NCBI GenBank assembly: GCA_003230545.1
Contig: QIFB01000010.1
Span: 1 to 42,001 of the forward strand
Length of the DNA stretch: 42,001 nt
Source: Gammaproteobacteria bacterium
Lineage (GTDB): Bacteria > Pseudomonadota > Gammaproteobacteria > UBA9214
Reading direction: 5' to 3'
Shown here: positions 1-7,961 of the stretch, one piece after another
Layout of the letters: each line of letters opens with the position of its first letter
Numbering within the stretch: the first letter of the stretch is position 1
The notes under the pieces: generated by a model
The model's input: the letters and a program-made list of their open reading frames with translations, nothing else
Database searches by the model: none
What the model was told of the DNA's origin: nothing
Translations under genes and position numbers: made by a program

Positions 1-187
1 AACAGGTGGTACACACGAAGTGGGCGTCGTCACCAACGCCATTGTCACCCTGGGTACCGTCATCCCGGTCGAAATACTCGAGACTGGTATCGAGATGGCC
101 AATGACCGCGACATCGGCCTGTGCCGCCATCGAGATCCCCCCGGTCAGGATCATGCCAAGCAGTACCGGTGTCTTTTTACTATTCAT
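1..187 (-). CDS. Porin paralog, N-terminal part (runs off window start)
   Basis: Manual translation from ATG 187: MNSKKTPVLLGMILTGGISMAAQADVAVIGHLDTSLEYFDRDDG...HFVCTTC. It has a signal peptide ending AQA and GHLD/FVCTTC motifs matching the adjacent porin. Not in the ORF track. Confidence 0.85.
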   Translation of the reverse strand, partial: MNSKKTPVLLGMILTGGISMAAQADVAVIGHLDTSLEYFDRDDGTQGDNGVGDDAHFVCTTC

Positions 188-300
188 GCGACTACCCGTA
201 AGTACCGTTGCTCAGAAGTAACGGTTTTAGATTTCTAATTCCTGTTCCCAGTGAGTAGGTTACACATTCATCGGCCTATGTGCAACATTAATATACAAAA

Positions 301-320
301 ATGTTGCGTAAATGCAACAT
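301..320. promoter_or_regulatory. Palindrome ATGTTGC-N6-GCAACAT upstream of porin 1
   Basis: Perfect 7-bp arms about 115 nt upstream of the start codon. The same core recurs at 1636-1653. Confidence 0.6.
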
Positions 321-348
321 CTTGCCATCACTGTTCTCAGCCGGGCCC

Positions 349-381
349 AAAAAGGAAACGGGGCCGACTGGCCCCGTTTCC
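349..381 (-). terminator. Intrinsic terminator of porin 2
   Basis: GGAAACGGGGCC/GGCCCCGTTTCC stem followed by a T-run on the minus strand. Confidence 0.85.
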
Positions 382-403
382 CGGCTCTGATCCAGACAAC
401 CGA

Positions 404-1504
404 TCAGAACTTGTGCTTTATACCCGCCGTCCAGGCCGTGTTGTCGCCACCACCGGTACCGGTGCCGCCTTCAATATCTTTACAGACCGCCACATCCATA
501 CCGTTTGCGTAGATGTTGTTCATGTTCGCATCACAGTCAGCCGCGCTGTAACCGGCGTAGACCTTGGTGCGCTTGCTCATTTTGTGGATGCCGACGATCG
601 ACCAGGTGGTGTATTCCTCGTCACTAAAACCCCCGCCCCTGAAGTCGGCTTCACCCTCACCGTAGGCCGCATAGATCATGTTGTTACCCATGGTGTAAGT
701 ACCGCCAAGGTGCCAGACCGTCAGGCCGTCGGCAGCCGCAAAGGTAGAATCATCTTCGGAATCTTCAAACTGACCGAAGACCGAGAAGTTGTTCAGGACG
801 TACTTGCCGCCGATCTTCCAGGCGCTAATGTCGCCCTGGCCTGCAGTATCACCGCCATCGTTGGTCATGTAGTCACCGAAGACCAGGATGCCGCCGTTCT
901 CGTAGCTGACGCCCAGGCCGTACGGGTTGTCGTCTTCCGTGGTGTCCGCAGAATCCAGCGTAAAGAACCCACCAACCTTGATGCCATTCCAGCTCGGGCT
1001 GTCATAACGCGCAGTGTTGTCGGCACGGCCCTGCAGCTCTTCGCCGGCGCCGAGGTGGAAGTTGGACTGCAAACTACGACTACGTGCCTGGACCACGGTG
1101 CGGTAGATCGGGTCGATCGCGGCACCATGGGACTTGTACTGCGTGGAGATGGTACCCACGCGGACCTGGCCCCATTGGCTGCCCTTCAGACCCAGCCATT
1201 GGTCACGATCGATCATGGAACCGCTGAATCCACCGCCGTTACGATTGTTTATGTCAAATTGGAAGTCGAGTTTGAAAATGGCTGTCAGGCCGTTACCCAG
1301 GTCCTCGCTGCCATAGAAGCCGACGGCACAAGTGGTACACACGAAGTTGGTGTCGCCGTCATCGCTACCTTTCTTACCGTCAATATCGTATGCGAGAATG
1401 GCTTCGTCGAGATGGCCCTTGATCTGGACGTCCGCCTGGGCAAGGCCCATGCCGCCGAGCAGGATCGTGGCGATCGTTGCTGGTAAAAGTTTTTTCACGT
1501 TCAT
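404..1504 (-). CDS. Gram-negative porin (Porin_4-like)
   Basis: Signal peptide, GSEDLGNGL.AIFKL, WLGLKG..WGQVRVG and RADNTARYDSP motifs, and C-terminal GIKHKF beta-signal. Confidence 0.92.
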   Translation of the reverse strand: MNVKKLLPATIATILLGGMGLAQADVQIKGHLDEAILAYDIDGKKGSDDGDTNFVCTTCAVGFYGSEDLGNGLTAIFKLDFQFDINNRNGGGFSGSMIDRDQWLGLKGSQWGQVRVGTISTQYKSHGAAIDPIYRTVVQARSRSLQSNFHLGAGEELQGRADNTARYDSPSWNGIKVGGFFTLDSADTTEDDNPYGLGVSYENGGILVFGDYMTNDGGDTAGQGDISAWKIGGKYVLNNFSVFGQFEDSEDDSTFAAADGLTVWHLGGTYTMGNNMIYAAYGEGEADFRGGGFSDEEYTTWSIVGIHKMSKRTKVYAGYSAADCDANMNNIYANGMDVAVCKDIEGGTGTGGGDNTAWTAGIKHKF

Positions 1505-1635
1505 GATTTTCCCCTTAACACAGTTAATAAAAAAGTTGACTGCTAAAAGCTGCTGTCATTGCACGCGAGCACTTTACAACAACAAAATGTATTTATGCAA
1601 CAACTTTTTTCAAAAAAACTACATTTTCAGTTTTT

Positions 1636-1653
1636 TGTTGCATTCAGGCAACA
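1636..1653. promoter_or_regulatory. Palindrome TGTTGC-N6-GCAACA upstream of porin 2
   Basis: Same core as 302-319, in an AT-rich region about 130 nt upstream of the start codon. Confidence 0.6.
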
Positions 1654-1749
1654 TTACCCGGTCCCCCGGCCCCTGCGTGATCGCCTTCATTTATATTTTC
1701 TACTTATATTTTATATAGTTAGCGTCCATCCATAAACCAGCGAAAATTT

Positions 1750-1786
1750 GTAGCCCGGATATGCAGCAGGCGGGATTCATTCCGCC
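1750..1786. repeat. Degenerate REP remnants
   Basis: GTAGCCCGGAT matches REPs at 7317/36187/37531, and GGCGGGATTCATTCCGCC resembles 6190-6207. Confidence 0.5.
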
Positions 1787-1847
1787 GCCATACGTTACTC
1801 CATAATATGACTACCGGCCGGCAGGGGTTCTCATCCTGGTCCGCCAT

Positions 1848-1873
1848 AACAAAACCCGCCTGGTGGCGGGCTT
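1848..1873 (-). terminator. Terminator after rplM-rpsI-tRNA-Gln
   Basis: CCCGCC/GGCGGG stem followed by TTTTGTT on the minus strand. Confidence 0.75.
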
Positions 1874-1879
1874 CATTAA

Positions 1880-1953
1880 TGGCTGGCGGACTAGGATTCG
1901 AACCTAGATTAGAGGAGTCAGAGTCCTCTGTCCTGCCGTTAGACGATCCGCCA
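1880..1953 (-). tRNA. tRNA-Gln (anticodon CTG)
   Basis: Minus strand reads TGGCGGATCGTCTAACGGCAGGACAGAGGACTCTGACTCCTCTAATCTAGGTTCGAATCCTAGTCCGCCAGCCA: cloverleaf, GTTCGAAT T-loop and encoded CCA. Confidence 0.96.
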
Positions 1954-1962
1954 ACAGGTGGG

Positions 1963-2352
1963 TTAACGCTTGGAGAACTGCGGTGCGCGGCGGGCCTTGT
2001 GCAGACCAATTTTCTTGCGCTCGACCTGGCGGGCGTCGCGGGTGACAAAACCGGCGCGCCGCAGGGATGAGCGCAGCTCGCCGTCATACTCCATGAGTGC
2101 ACGGGTAATCCCGTGCCGGATGGCGCCGGCCTGGCCACTGCTGCCGCCGCCTTTTACCGTGATGGAAATATCAAAACTGTCCGCCATGTTGGCGGTCTGC
2201 AGCGGTTGACGCACAATCATGCGCGCGGTTTCACGGCCAAAATACTGGTCCAGCGGCCGCTTGTTGACGGTGATGCTGCCCTTGCCCTTGCGCAGGAAAA
2301 CGCGTGCTGTTGAAGTCTTGCGGCGTCCGGTACTGTAGTAGATATCACTCAT
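1963..2352 (-). CDS. rpsI: 30S ribosomal protein S9
   Basis: [19 protein letters not shown] and C-terminal [11 protein letters not shown]. Confidence 0.99.
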   Translation of the reverse strand: MSDIYYSTGRRKTSTARVFLRKGKGSITVNKRPLDQYFGRETARMIVRQPLQTANMADSFDISITVKGGGSSGQAGAIRHGITRALMEYDGELRSSLRRAGFVTRDARQVERKKIGLHKARRAPQFSKR

Positions 2353-2381
2353 ATTCGAGGGTTCCTGTGAATCCTGTGTGC

Positions 2382-2810
2382 CTAGAGTTCCAGTGGCCTG
2401 GGTTGCTGGGCGGCGTGGCGGTGGTCCGGTCCCGCGTAGACCTTGAGCTTGCGATACATGGCACGACCCAGCGGGTTTTTCGGCAACATGCCCTTGACGG
2501 CCAGCTCAATGACCCGTCCCGGCTTTCTTTCCTGCAGCTTTTCGAAACTGATCGATTTCAGGTTGCCCACATAGCCGGTGTGGTGGTGATACATCTTGTC
2601 GGTCACCTTGTTCCCCGTCACCCGCACCTTGTTGGCATTGATAACAATGATATAGTCGCCGGTATCCACATGCGGCGTATATTCCGGCTTGTGCTTCCCG
2701 CGCAGACGGCGTGCCACTTCCGAGGCCAGCCGCCCCAGGGTCTTGTCGGCTGCGTCAACGACGAACCAGCCATGGTTCACCTCGTGCGGTTTTGCGGAAA
2801 ATGTCCCCAT
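2382..2810 (-). CDS. rplM: 50S ribosomal protein L13
   Basis: [24 protein letters not shown] and [10 protein letters not shown]. Confidence 0.99.
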   Translation of the reverse strand: MGTFSAKPHEVNHGWFVVDAADKTLGRLASEVARRLRGKHKPEYTPHVDTGDYIIVINANKVRVTGNKVTDKMYHHHTGYVGNLKSISFEKLQERKPGRVIELAVKGMLPKNPLGRAMYRKLKVYAGPDHRHAAQQPRPLEL

Positions 2811-2849
2811 CAGAGTCGCTCCGATACTGCCCAGAATACAAGAGCGGGG

Positions 2850-2878
2850 ATGTTACATAAGCGGCTGGAAACTTACAA
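2850..2878 (-). promoter_or_regulatory. Putative sigma70 promoter of rplM
   Basis: TTGTAA-17 nt-TAACAT on the minus strand. Confidence 0.6.
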
Positions 2879-2898
2879 GACTCGGCCTTATTGCGGGC

Positions 2899-3002
2899 AA
2901 AAAAAAGCGCGGTTCGTAAACCGCGCTTGATAAAACCTCCTTGGGGGGAGGTGGAGGAGCACTGACTGGCTAATGAAGATAGGGGGGCAAGCCAATCAGC
3001 GT
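2899..3002 (-). ncRNA. Candidate sRNA with C-rich loops and own terminator
   Basis: 12-bp stem with a CCCCCC loop, a CCUCC/GGAGG stem with a C-rich loop, and a terminator with UACG loop and U8 tail. Upstream promoter TTGACT-17-GAGAAT (3037-3009). Confidence 0.7.
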
Positions 3003-3145
3003 GTTAGCATTCTCTAATATACTGGCGGAGAAGTCAAGCGTCGAAATGATTTACTTTGCAGTTAGCGGCGGAAAATACGTATCTATCTGTTTTTAAATGT
3101 ATTGTAAAAACTTAGTAGGAATAACTTACAGAATTGCGACCGTGT

Positions 3146-3454
3146 CTAGATCCGCAGACGCTCCACGATGCGCCCGTTGACCAGGTGTTCCTCGATGATT
3201 TCATCGACATCTGACTGATCAATATAGGTATACCAGACCCCTTCCGGGTACACGACCAGCACCGGGCCCTCCTGGCAACGATCGAGACAGCCGGCCGTAT
3301 TGATACGCACCCCGTCGCGCCCGGCGATCCCGAGCTGCTTGCTGCGCAGCTTGGCGTAAGCGCGCATGCCCTGCGCATCGAAGCGCTGGCAGCAGTCACT
3401 GCCATCGGTGCGCAGGTTGGTGCAGAAAAATACATGGTAGCGGTAACAGGCCAT
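3146..3454 (-). CDS. Thioredoxin-like [2Fe-2S] ferredoxin
   Basis: HVFFCTN.R....CC and RIN.AGCLDRC.EGP.LVVYPEGVWY. Start taken at ATG 3454. Confidence 0.92.
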   Translation of the reverse strand: MACYRYHVFFCTNLRTDGSDCCQRFDAQGMRAYAKLRSKQLGIAGRDGVRINTAGCLDRCQEGPVLVVYPEGVWYTYIDQSDVDEIIEEHLVNGRIVERLRI

Positions 3455-3532
3455 GCACGCACCATACAAGATGGTCGTCCGGCATGACAGCAGGCCCGGG
3501 ACGCGCTGTCATGAACATGCTATGTTGAATAC

Positions 3533-4177
3533 ATGCCCTCCAGGAACCGGAATTTTACCGATCACTGCATCGAGCAGCTCGACCAGGCGGTGCGCACCGT
3601 ATTTGGCGAACCCTCCGGATCAGACCGGTCCAACCCCGCAGAACCGCTGCAGGACGACGAGTTCACCGCTACCGGCCAGGCGGATAGCAGCTGCCTGATG
3701 CGCGTTAATCATGCGGGCGAGGTGTGCGCACAGGCGCTCTACCAGGGACAGGCGCTGACCGCCCGGAACCGTGCCGTCCGGGACCGGATGCAACAGGCCG
3801 CTGACGAGGAAAACGATCACCTGTCCTGGTGCCGGCAACGCATCGGGGAACTCGGCGGCCACACCAGCCTGTTGAACCCGGTCTGGTATACCGGCTCATT
3901 CCTGCTGGGTGCGGCAACCGGACTGCTCGGCGACAAGTGGAGTCTCGGATTCCTGGCAGAAACCGAGCAGCAGGTCGTCAAACACCTGGAAGGTCACCTG
4001 CAACGCCTGCCGGATAACGATAACAAGTCCCGGGCAATCCTCGAGCAGATGAAGACCGATGAGGCAAAACACCGGGAAACCGCCATCAACAGCGGCGGCA
4101 CCGAGCTGCCGGAACCGGCCAGGAAGGCCATGGCGCTGATGTCCCGCGTCATGACCACGATGGCCTACCGAATCTGA
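3533..4177 (+). CDS. coq7: Demethoxyubiquinone hydroxylase (Coq7, di-iron)
   Basis: LMRVNHAGEVCAQALYQGQ, EENDHL, ETEQQVVKHL and DEAKH di-iron motifs. Confidence 0.96.
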   Translation: MPSRNRNFTDHCIEQLDQAVRTVFGEPSGSDRSNPAEPLQDDEFTATGQADSSCLMRVNHAGEVCAQALYQGQALTARNRAVRDRMQQAADEENDHLSWCRQRIGELGGHTSLLNPVWYTGSFLLGAATGLLGDKWSLGFLAETEQQVVKHLEGHLQRLPDNDNKSRAILEQMKTDEAKHRETAINSGGTELPEPARKAMALMSRVMTTMAYRI

Positions 4178-4590
4178 GCCGGCACGACCTCGAAATCATG
4201 GGTGATGTCAGCGGCCTTGCCCAGCATGATCGAGGCGGAGCAGTACTTCTCGGCCGACAGGCGCACGGCCCGCTCAACCTGCTTTGCTGACAGGCCATCG
4301 CCACTGACGATGAAGTGCACATGGATGCGGGTAAACACTTTCGGCACCGTGTCGGCGCGCTCGGCATCGATCTCCACCACGCAATCGGTCACCGGCTGGC
4401 GCGCCTTGCCGAGTATCAGCATGACATCAAATGCCGTGCAGCCACCCATGCCAATCAGCAGCATCTCCATGGGGCGAATTCCCGTGTCCCGGCCGCCGCT
4501 GTCGCGCGGACCGTCCATGACCACGCTGTGGCCACTACCTGACTCGCCAACAAACGCGGCCCCTTCCAGCCACTTGATTCGTGCCTTCAT
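4165..4590 (-). CDS. OsmC family protein (YhfA-like)
   Basis: RPMEMLL.GMGGCTAFDV and SAEKYCSAS; divergent from crp, the usual position of yhfA. Confidence 0.93.
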   Translation of the reverse strand: MKARIKWLEGAAFVGESGSGHSVVMDGPRDSGGRDTGIRPMEMLLIGMGGCTAFDVMLILGKARQPVTDCVVEIDAERADTVPKVFTRIHVHFIVSGDGLSAKQVERAVRLSAEKYCSASIMLGKAADITHDFEVVPAQIR

Positions 4591-4612
4591 GCATCCCCCG
4601 GAATCCAAGGAC

Positions 4613-4628
4613 TGTGAAGCCTATCACA
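4613..4628. promoter_or_regulatory. CRP-binding site
   Basis: Exact TGTGA-AGCCTA-TCACA in the osmC/crp divergent intergenic region. Confidence 0.85.
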
Positions 4629-4714
4629 GTTCCCTGCGGGTCCAGACCGGGGTCTCAAGATCGCCGCCGCTGCGCCGATAGCAGCGTATGCTAGGACTTC
4701 CACAGGCCATTGAT

Positions 4715-5353
4715 ATGAACACCTCCAGGATCCCGGATGTTGCAAATCCCTGCGTCCAGCGGTTCCTGGAACATTGCCATCGACGCAAGTACCCTGGCAA
4801 AAGTGTCATCATCTATGCCGGCGATCAGCCGGACGTGCTCTATTACATTATCAACGGTTCGGTCAGTGTCCTGATCGAGGACGAAGACGGCCACGAAATC
4901 GTGCTGGCGTATATCAATGCCGGCGGGTTCTTCGGGGAGATGGGATTGTTCGGTGAACAGCCCAACCGCAGTGCCTGGGTGCGGACCCGCGGTGAGTGCG
5001 AAGTCGCGGAGATCAGCTATTCACGGTTTCGCGCACTCAGCAAGGAAGACCCGGATATCCTGCTGGAACTGACTGCCCAGCTGGCTACCCGGTTGCGCAA
5101 GACCAGCCGCAAGGTAAGCAACCTGGCGTTCCTGGATGTCACCGGGCGCATTGCGCACACCCTGCTGGAACTCTGCAAGGAACCGGATGCCATGACGCAC
5201 CCGGACGGCATGCAGATCAAGATTACCCGCCAGGAAATCGGCCGCATCGTCGGCTGCTCCCGGGAAATGGCCGGGCGCGTTCTGAAGGCGCTTACCGAAC
5301 AGGGCCACATCCTGGCCAAGGGCAAGACCATCGTGGTATTCGGGGCTAGGTAA
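4715..5353 (+). CDS. crp: cAMP receptor protein (Crp/Vfr/Clp family)
   Basis: [47 protein letters not shown]. Start 4715 (4688 possible). Confidence 0.96.
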   Translation: MNTSRIPDVANPCVQRFLEHCHRRKYPGKSVIIYAGDQPDVLYYIINGSVSVLIEDEDGHEIVLAYINAGGFFGEMGLFGEQPNRSAWVRTRGECEVAEISYSRFRALSKEDPDILLELTAQLATRLRKTSRKVSNLAFLDVTGRIAHTLLELCKEPDAMTHPDGMQIKITRQEIGRIVGCSREMAGRVLKALTEQGHILAKGKTIVVFGAR

Positions 5354-6143
5354 ACAATTCCCGGAGTTTTTCGCCCGGCTCGGGCGCTTTCATAAAGGCC
5401 TCACCCACCAGAAAGGCATTAACACCACGCGAGCGCATCAGCGACACATCGTCCACGGTGTGAATACCACTCTCGGTCACCACCAGGCGCTCATCCGGAA
5501 TCAGGTCCAGGAATCCCAGCGTCACGTCAAGACGGGTCTCAAATGAGCGCAGGTCACGGTTGTTGATCCCGATCAACGGGGCATCGGTCCGCAGGGCACG
5601 GTCCAGTTCCTCGCGATCATGCACTTCCATCAGCACATCCATGCCCAGGTTCCCCGCCAGCTGCATCAACTCCAGCAGCATGGCATCTCCCAGTGCCGCC
5701 ACGATCAGCAGGATGCAGTCTGCACCGATGGCCCGTGCCTCGTACACCTGGTACGGGTCGATGATGAAGTCCTTGCGCAACACCGGCAGTGCGCAGGCGG
5801 CACGCGCCTGCACCAGGCAGGCCTCACTACCCTTGAAGAAATCGGCATCGGTGAGCACCGACAGGCAGGTCGCACCACCGCGCTCGTAGCTGGCGGCAAT
5901 CTGTGCCGGATCGAAATCCTCGCGCAGGATGCCACGGCTGGGCGAGGCCTTCTTCACTTCCGCAATGACGGACGGACGGCCGGCCGCGGTGGTGCTGCGC
6001 ATGGCCGCGAGAAAACCGCGTACCGGATCCGCCTCACCTGCGCGTTCAGCCAGTTCCTTCAGGCTGCACTGGCGATTGCGCTCGTCGACCTCCTCGGCCT
6101 TGCGTGCCAGGATTTTTTTCAGGATGTCCGGTGTATCAGTCAT
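5346..6143 (-). CDS. trpC: Indole-3-glycerol phosphate synthase
   Basis: [28 protein letters not shown] and ESGI. Confidence 0.98.
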   Translation of the reverse strand: MTDTPDILKKILARKAEEVDERNRQCSLKELAERAGEADPVRGFLAAMRSTTAAGRPSVIAEVKKASPSRGILREDFDPAQIAASYERGGATCLSVLTDADFFKGSEACLVQARAACALPVLRKDFIIDPYQVYEARAIGADCILLIVAALGDAMLLELMQLAGNLGMDVLMEVHDREELDRALRTDAPLIGINNRDLRSFETRLDVTLGFLDLIPDERLVVTESGIHTVDDVSLMRSRGVNAFLVGEAFMKAPEPGEKLRELFT

Positions 6144-6189
6144 GCTGGTTAACTCGATTATGAAACCTGTGATTTACAGTAGTTTGTCT

Positions 6190-6246
6190 GGCGGAATAAA
6201 TTCCGCCCTACAGCACCACTTTTTGCAGGGCCGAATTAATTCGGCC
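6190..6246. repeat. REP pair (GTAGGGCGGAATTTATTCCGCC family)
   Basis: GGCGGAATAAATTCCGCCCTAC ... GCAGGGCCGAATTAATTCGGCC; a homologous pair lies at 36688-36743. Confidence 0.75.
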
Positions 6247-6280
6247 TGGTACATACCGGGCCACTACCATTTCAATCCAT

Positions 6281-7297
6281 TCAAACCGTATTGGACACCT
6301 CGATGAGAGCAGCTAGCGTTTGCCCGGCCTTGCCATTCTCCAGCGCCTCTGCTGCCAGCTGCACACCGTCATTCAGTGAATCCGCAATACCCGCTGCGTA
6401 AATGGCTGCACCGGCATTCAACGCGACGATATCCCGTGCCGGCCCGGGCGTGTTGTCAAACACGCCGCGAATCATGGCCAGGCTTTGTTCCGCATCTGCT
6501 ACGACCAGTGCAGACAATTCAGCACGCTGCAGCCCGAAGTCCTCGGGCGCTATCTGGCAGGTCGAGATCTCGCCATTCTTTAATTCCGCAACCTGCGTCG
6601 ACGACCCGATACTGATTTCGTCCAGCCCGTCATCTGCATGCACCACCAGCACATGCTCGCTGCCCAGCTGCTTCAGCACCTGTGCCAGCGGCTCCACCCA
6701 CTGCTTGCTGAACACCCCGAGGATCTGGTTGGGGGCGCCGGCCGGGTTGGTCAGCGGGCCAAGCAGGTTGAATACGGTGCGCACCCCCATTTCCTTGCGC
6801 GGGCCAATGGCGTGTTTCATGGCACTGTGATGCCTGGGCGCGAACAGGAAGCCGACGCCGACCTGCTCGATACACGTGGCCACCTGGCCGGGGTCCAGGT
6901 CCAGCCGCACCCCGGCGGCTTCCAGCACATCGGCACTGCCGGAACTGCTCGACACGGAGCGGTTACCGTGTTTTGCCACCTTGCCACCCGCGGCGGCAGT
7001 AACAATGGCGCTGGCCGTCGAGATATTGAAGGTGCTGGCCCCGTCACCGCCGGTACCACAGGTGTCCACCAGGTGCGGACCGGCCACCTCGACGTGTGTG
7101 GCCAGCTCACGCATCACCTGCGCGGCACTGGCAATCTCGTCCACGGTCTCGCCCTTCATGCGCAGCCCGACGAGGAACCCGCCGACCTGCGCCGGCGTGG
7201 CCTGCCCGGTCATGATCAGCCGCATGACGGCCTCCATGTCGGCGGCCGCAAGATCGCGGCCTTCGGTGACAGCACGAATGGCAGCTTGCATGTCCAT
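6281..7297 (-). CDS. trpD: Anthranilate phosphoribosyltransferase
   Basis: [23 protein letters not shown] and GLDEIS. Confidence 0.98.
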   Translation of the reverse strand: MDMQAAIRAVTEGRDLAAADMEAVMRLIMTGQATPAQVGGFLVGLRMKGETVDEIASAAQVMRELATHVEVAGPHLVDTCGTGGDGASTFNISTASAIVTAAAGGKVAKHGNRSVSSSSGSADVLEAAGVRLDLDPGQVATCIEQVGVGFLFAPRHHSAMKHAIGPRKEMGVRTVFNLLGPLTNPAGAPNQILGVFSKQWVEPLAQVLKQLGSEHVLVVHADDGLDEISIGSSTQVAELKNGEISTCQIAPEDFGLQRAELSALVVADAEQSLAMIRGVFDNTPGPARDIVALNAGAAIYAAGIADSLNDGVQLAAEALENGKAGQTLAALIEVSNTV

Positions 7298-7316
7298 TTA
7301 ACAGTTCCTCATCAAG

Positions 7317-7348
7317 GTAGCCCGGATGCAGCGTAGCGAAATCCGGGG
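7317..7348 (+). repeat. GTAG-type REP (GTAGCCCGGAT family)
   Basis: GTAGCCCGGATGCAGCGTAGCGAAATCCGGGG imperfect palindrome; other copies at 12322, 36187 and 37531. Confidence 0.8.
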
Positions 7349-7351
7349 CAT

Positions 7352-7930
7352 CTATTGCTCCAGAAAATTGCGCAGCAAGTCATGCCCGCAACCGGTGAGA
7401 ATGGACTCCGGGTGAAACTGGACCCCCTCCACCGCCAGCCCCCGGTGGCGCACACCCATGATCTCGTCGCGGTTGCCCGCTGTATCTTCGGTCCATGCGG
7501 TCACTTCCAGGCACTCCGGCAACGAGTCGGATTCGATGACCAGCGAGTGATAACGGGTCGCCTCGAACGGCTGCGGCAGTCCCCGGAATATCCCGGTGTC
7601 GGCATGCCGGATCATGGAGGTCTTGCCGTGCATAATGGCACGCGCATGCCCGATGCGCCCGCCGAAAGCCTGGCCGATACTCTGGTGCCCCAGGCAGACG
7701 CCGAGGATCGGCACTACCCCGGCAAACTGCCGGATCACATCCACCGACACGCCGGCCTCGTTCGGGGTACACGGTCCCGGTGAGATCACAATCTTTTCCG
7801 GCCCGAGCGCAGTGATTTCCTCCACGGTAATACGGTCGTTGCGATACACCTGCACCTCGGCCCCCAGTTCCCCGAGGTACTGCACCAGGTTGTAGGTAAA
7901 TGAATCGTAATTGTCGATCATCAGCAACAT
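7352..7930 (-). CDS. trpG: Anthranilate synthase component II (glutamine amidotransferase)
   Basis: [25 protein letters not shown] and QFHPESI; located between trpE and trpD. Confidence 0.95.
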   Translation of the reverse strand: MLLMIDNYDSFTYNLVQYLGELGAEVQVYRNDRITVEEITALGPEKIVISPGPCTPNEAGVSVDVIRQFAGVVPILGVCLGHQSIGQAFGGRIGHARAIMHGKTSMIRHADTGIFRGLPQPFEATRYHSLVIESDSLPECLEVTAWTEDTAGNRDEIMGVRHRGLAVEGVQFHPESILTGCGHDLLRNFLEQ

Positions 7931-7961
7931 GGTTCATTCATCCTGTTGATTATTATACATA

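Noticed and set aside
251-1486. 411-aa plus-strand ORF
   Set aside because: Antisense shadow of the porin gene, with no motifs of its own.
1505-1879. AT-rich region after tRNA-Gln as a genomic island boundary
   Set aside because: No integrase and no direct att repeat in the window; the AT-richness is consistent with the porin promoter.
3043-3061. Possible Fur box upstream of the sRNA candidate
   Set aside because: Too many mismatches to GATAATGATAATCATTATC.
6168-6183. TGTGA half-site between trpD and trpC as a CRP box
   Set aside because: The TCACA half-site is absent.
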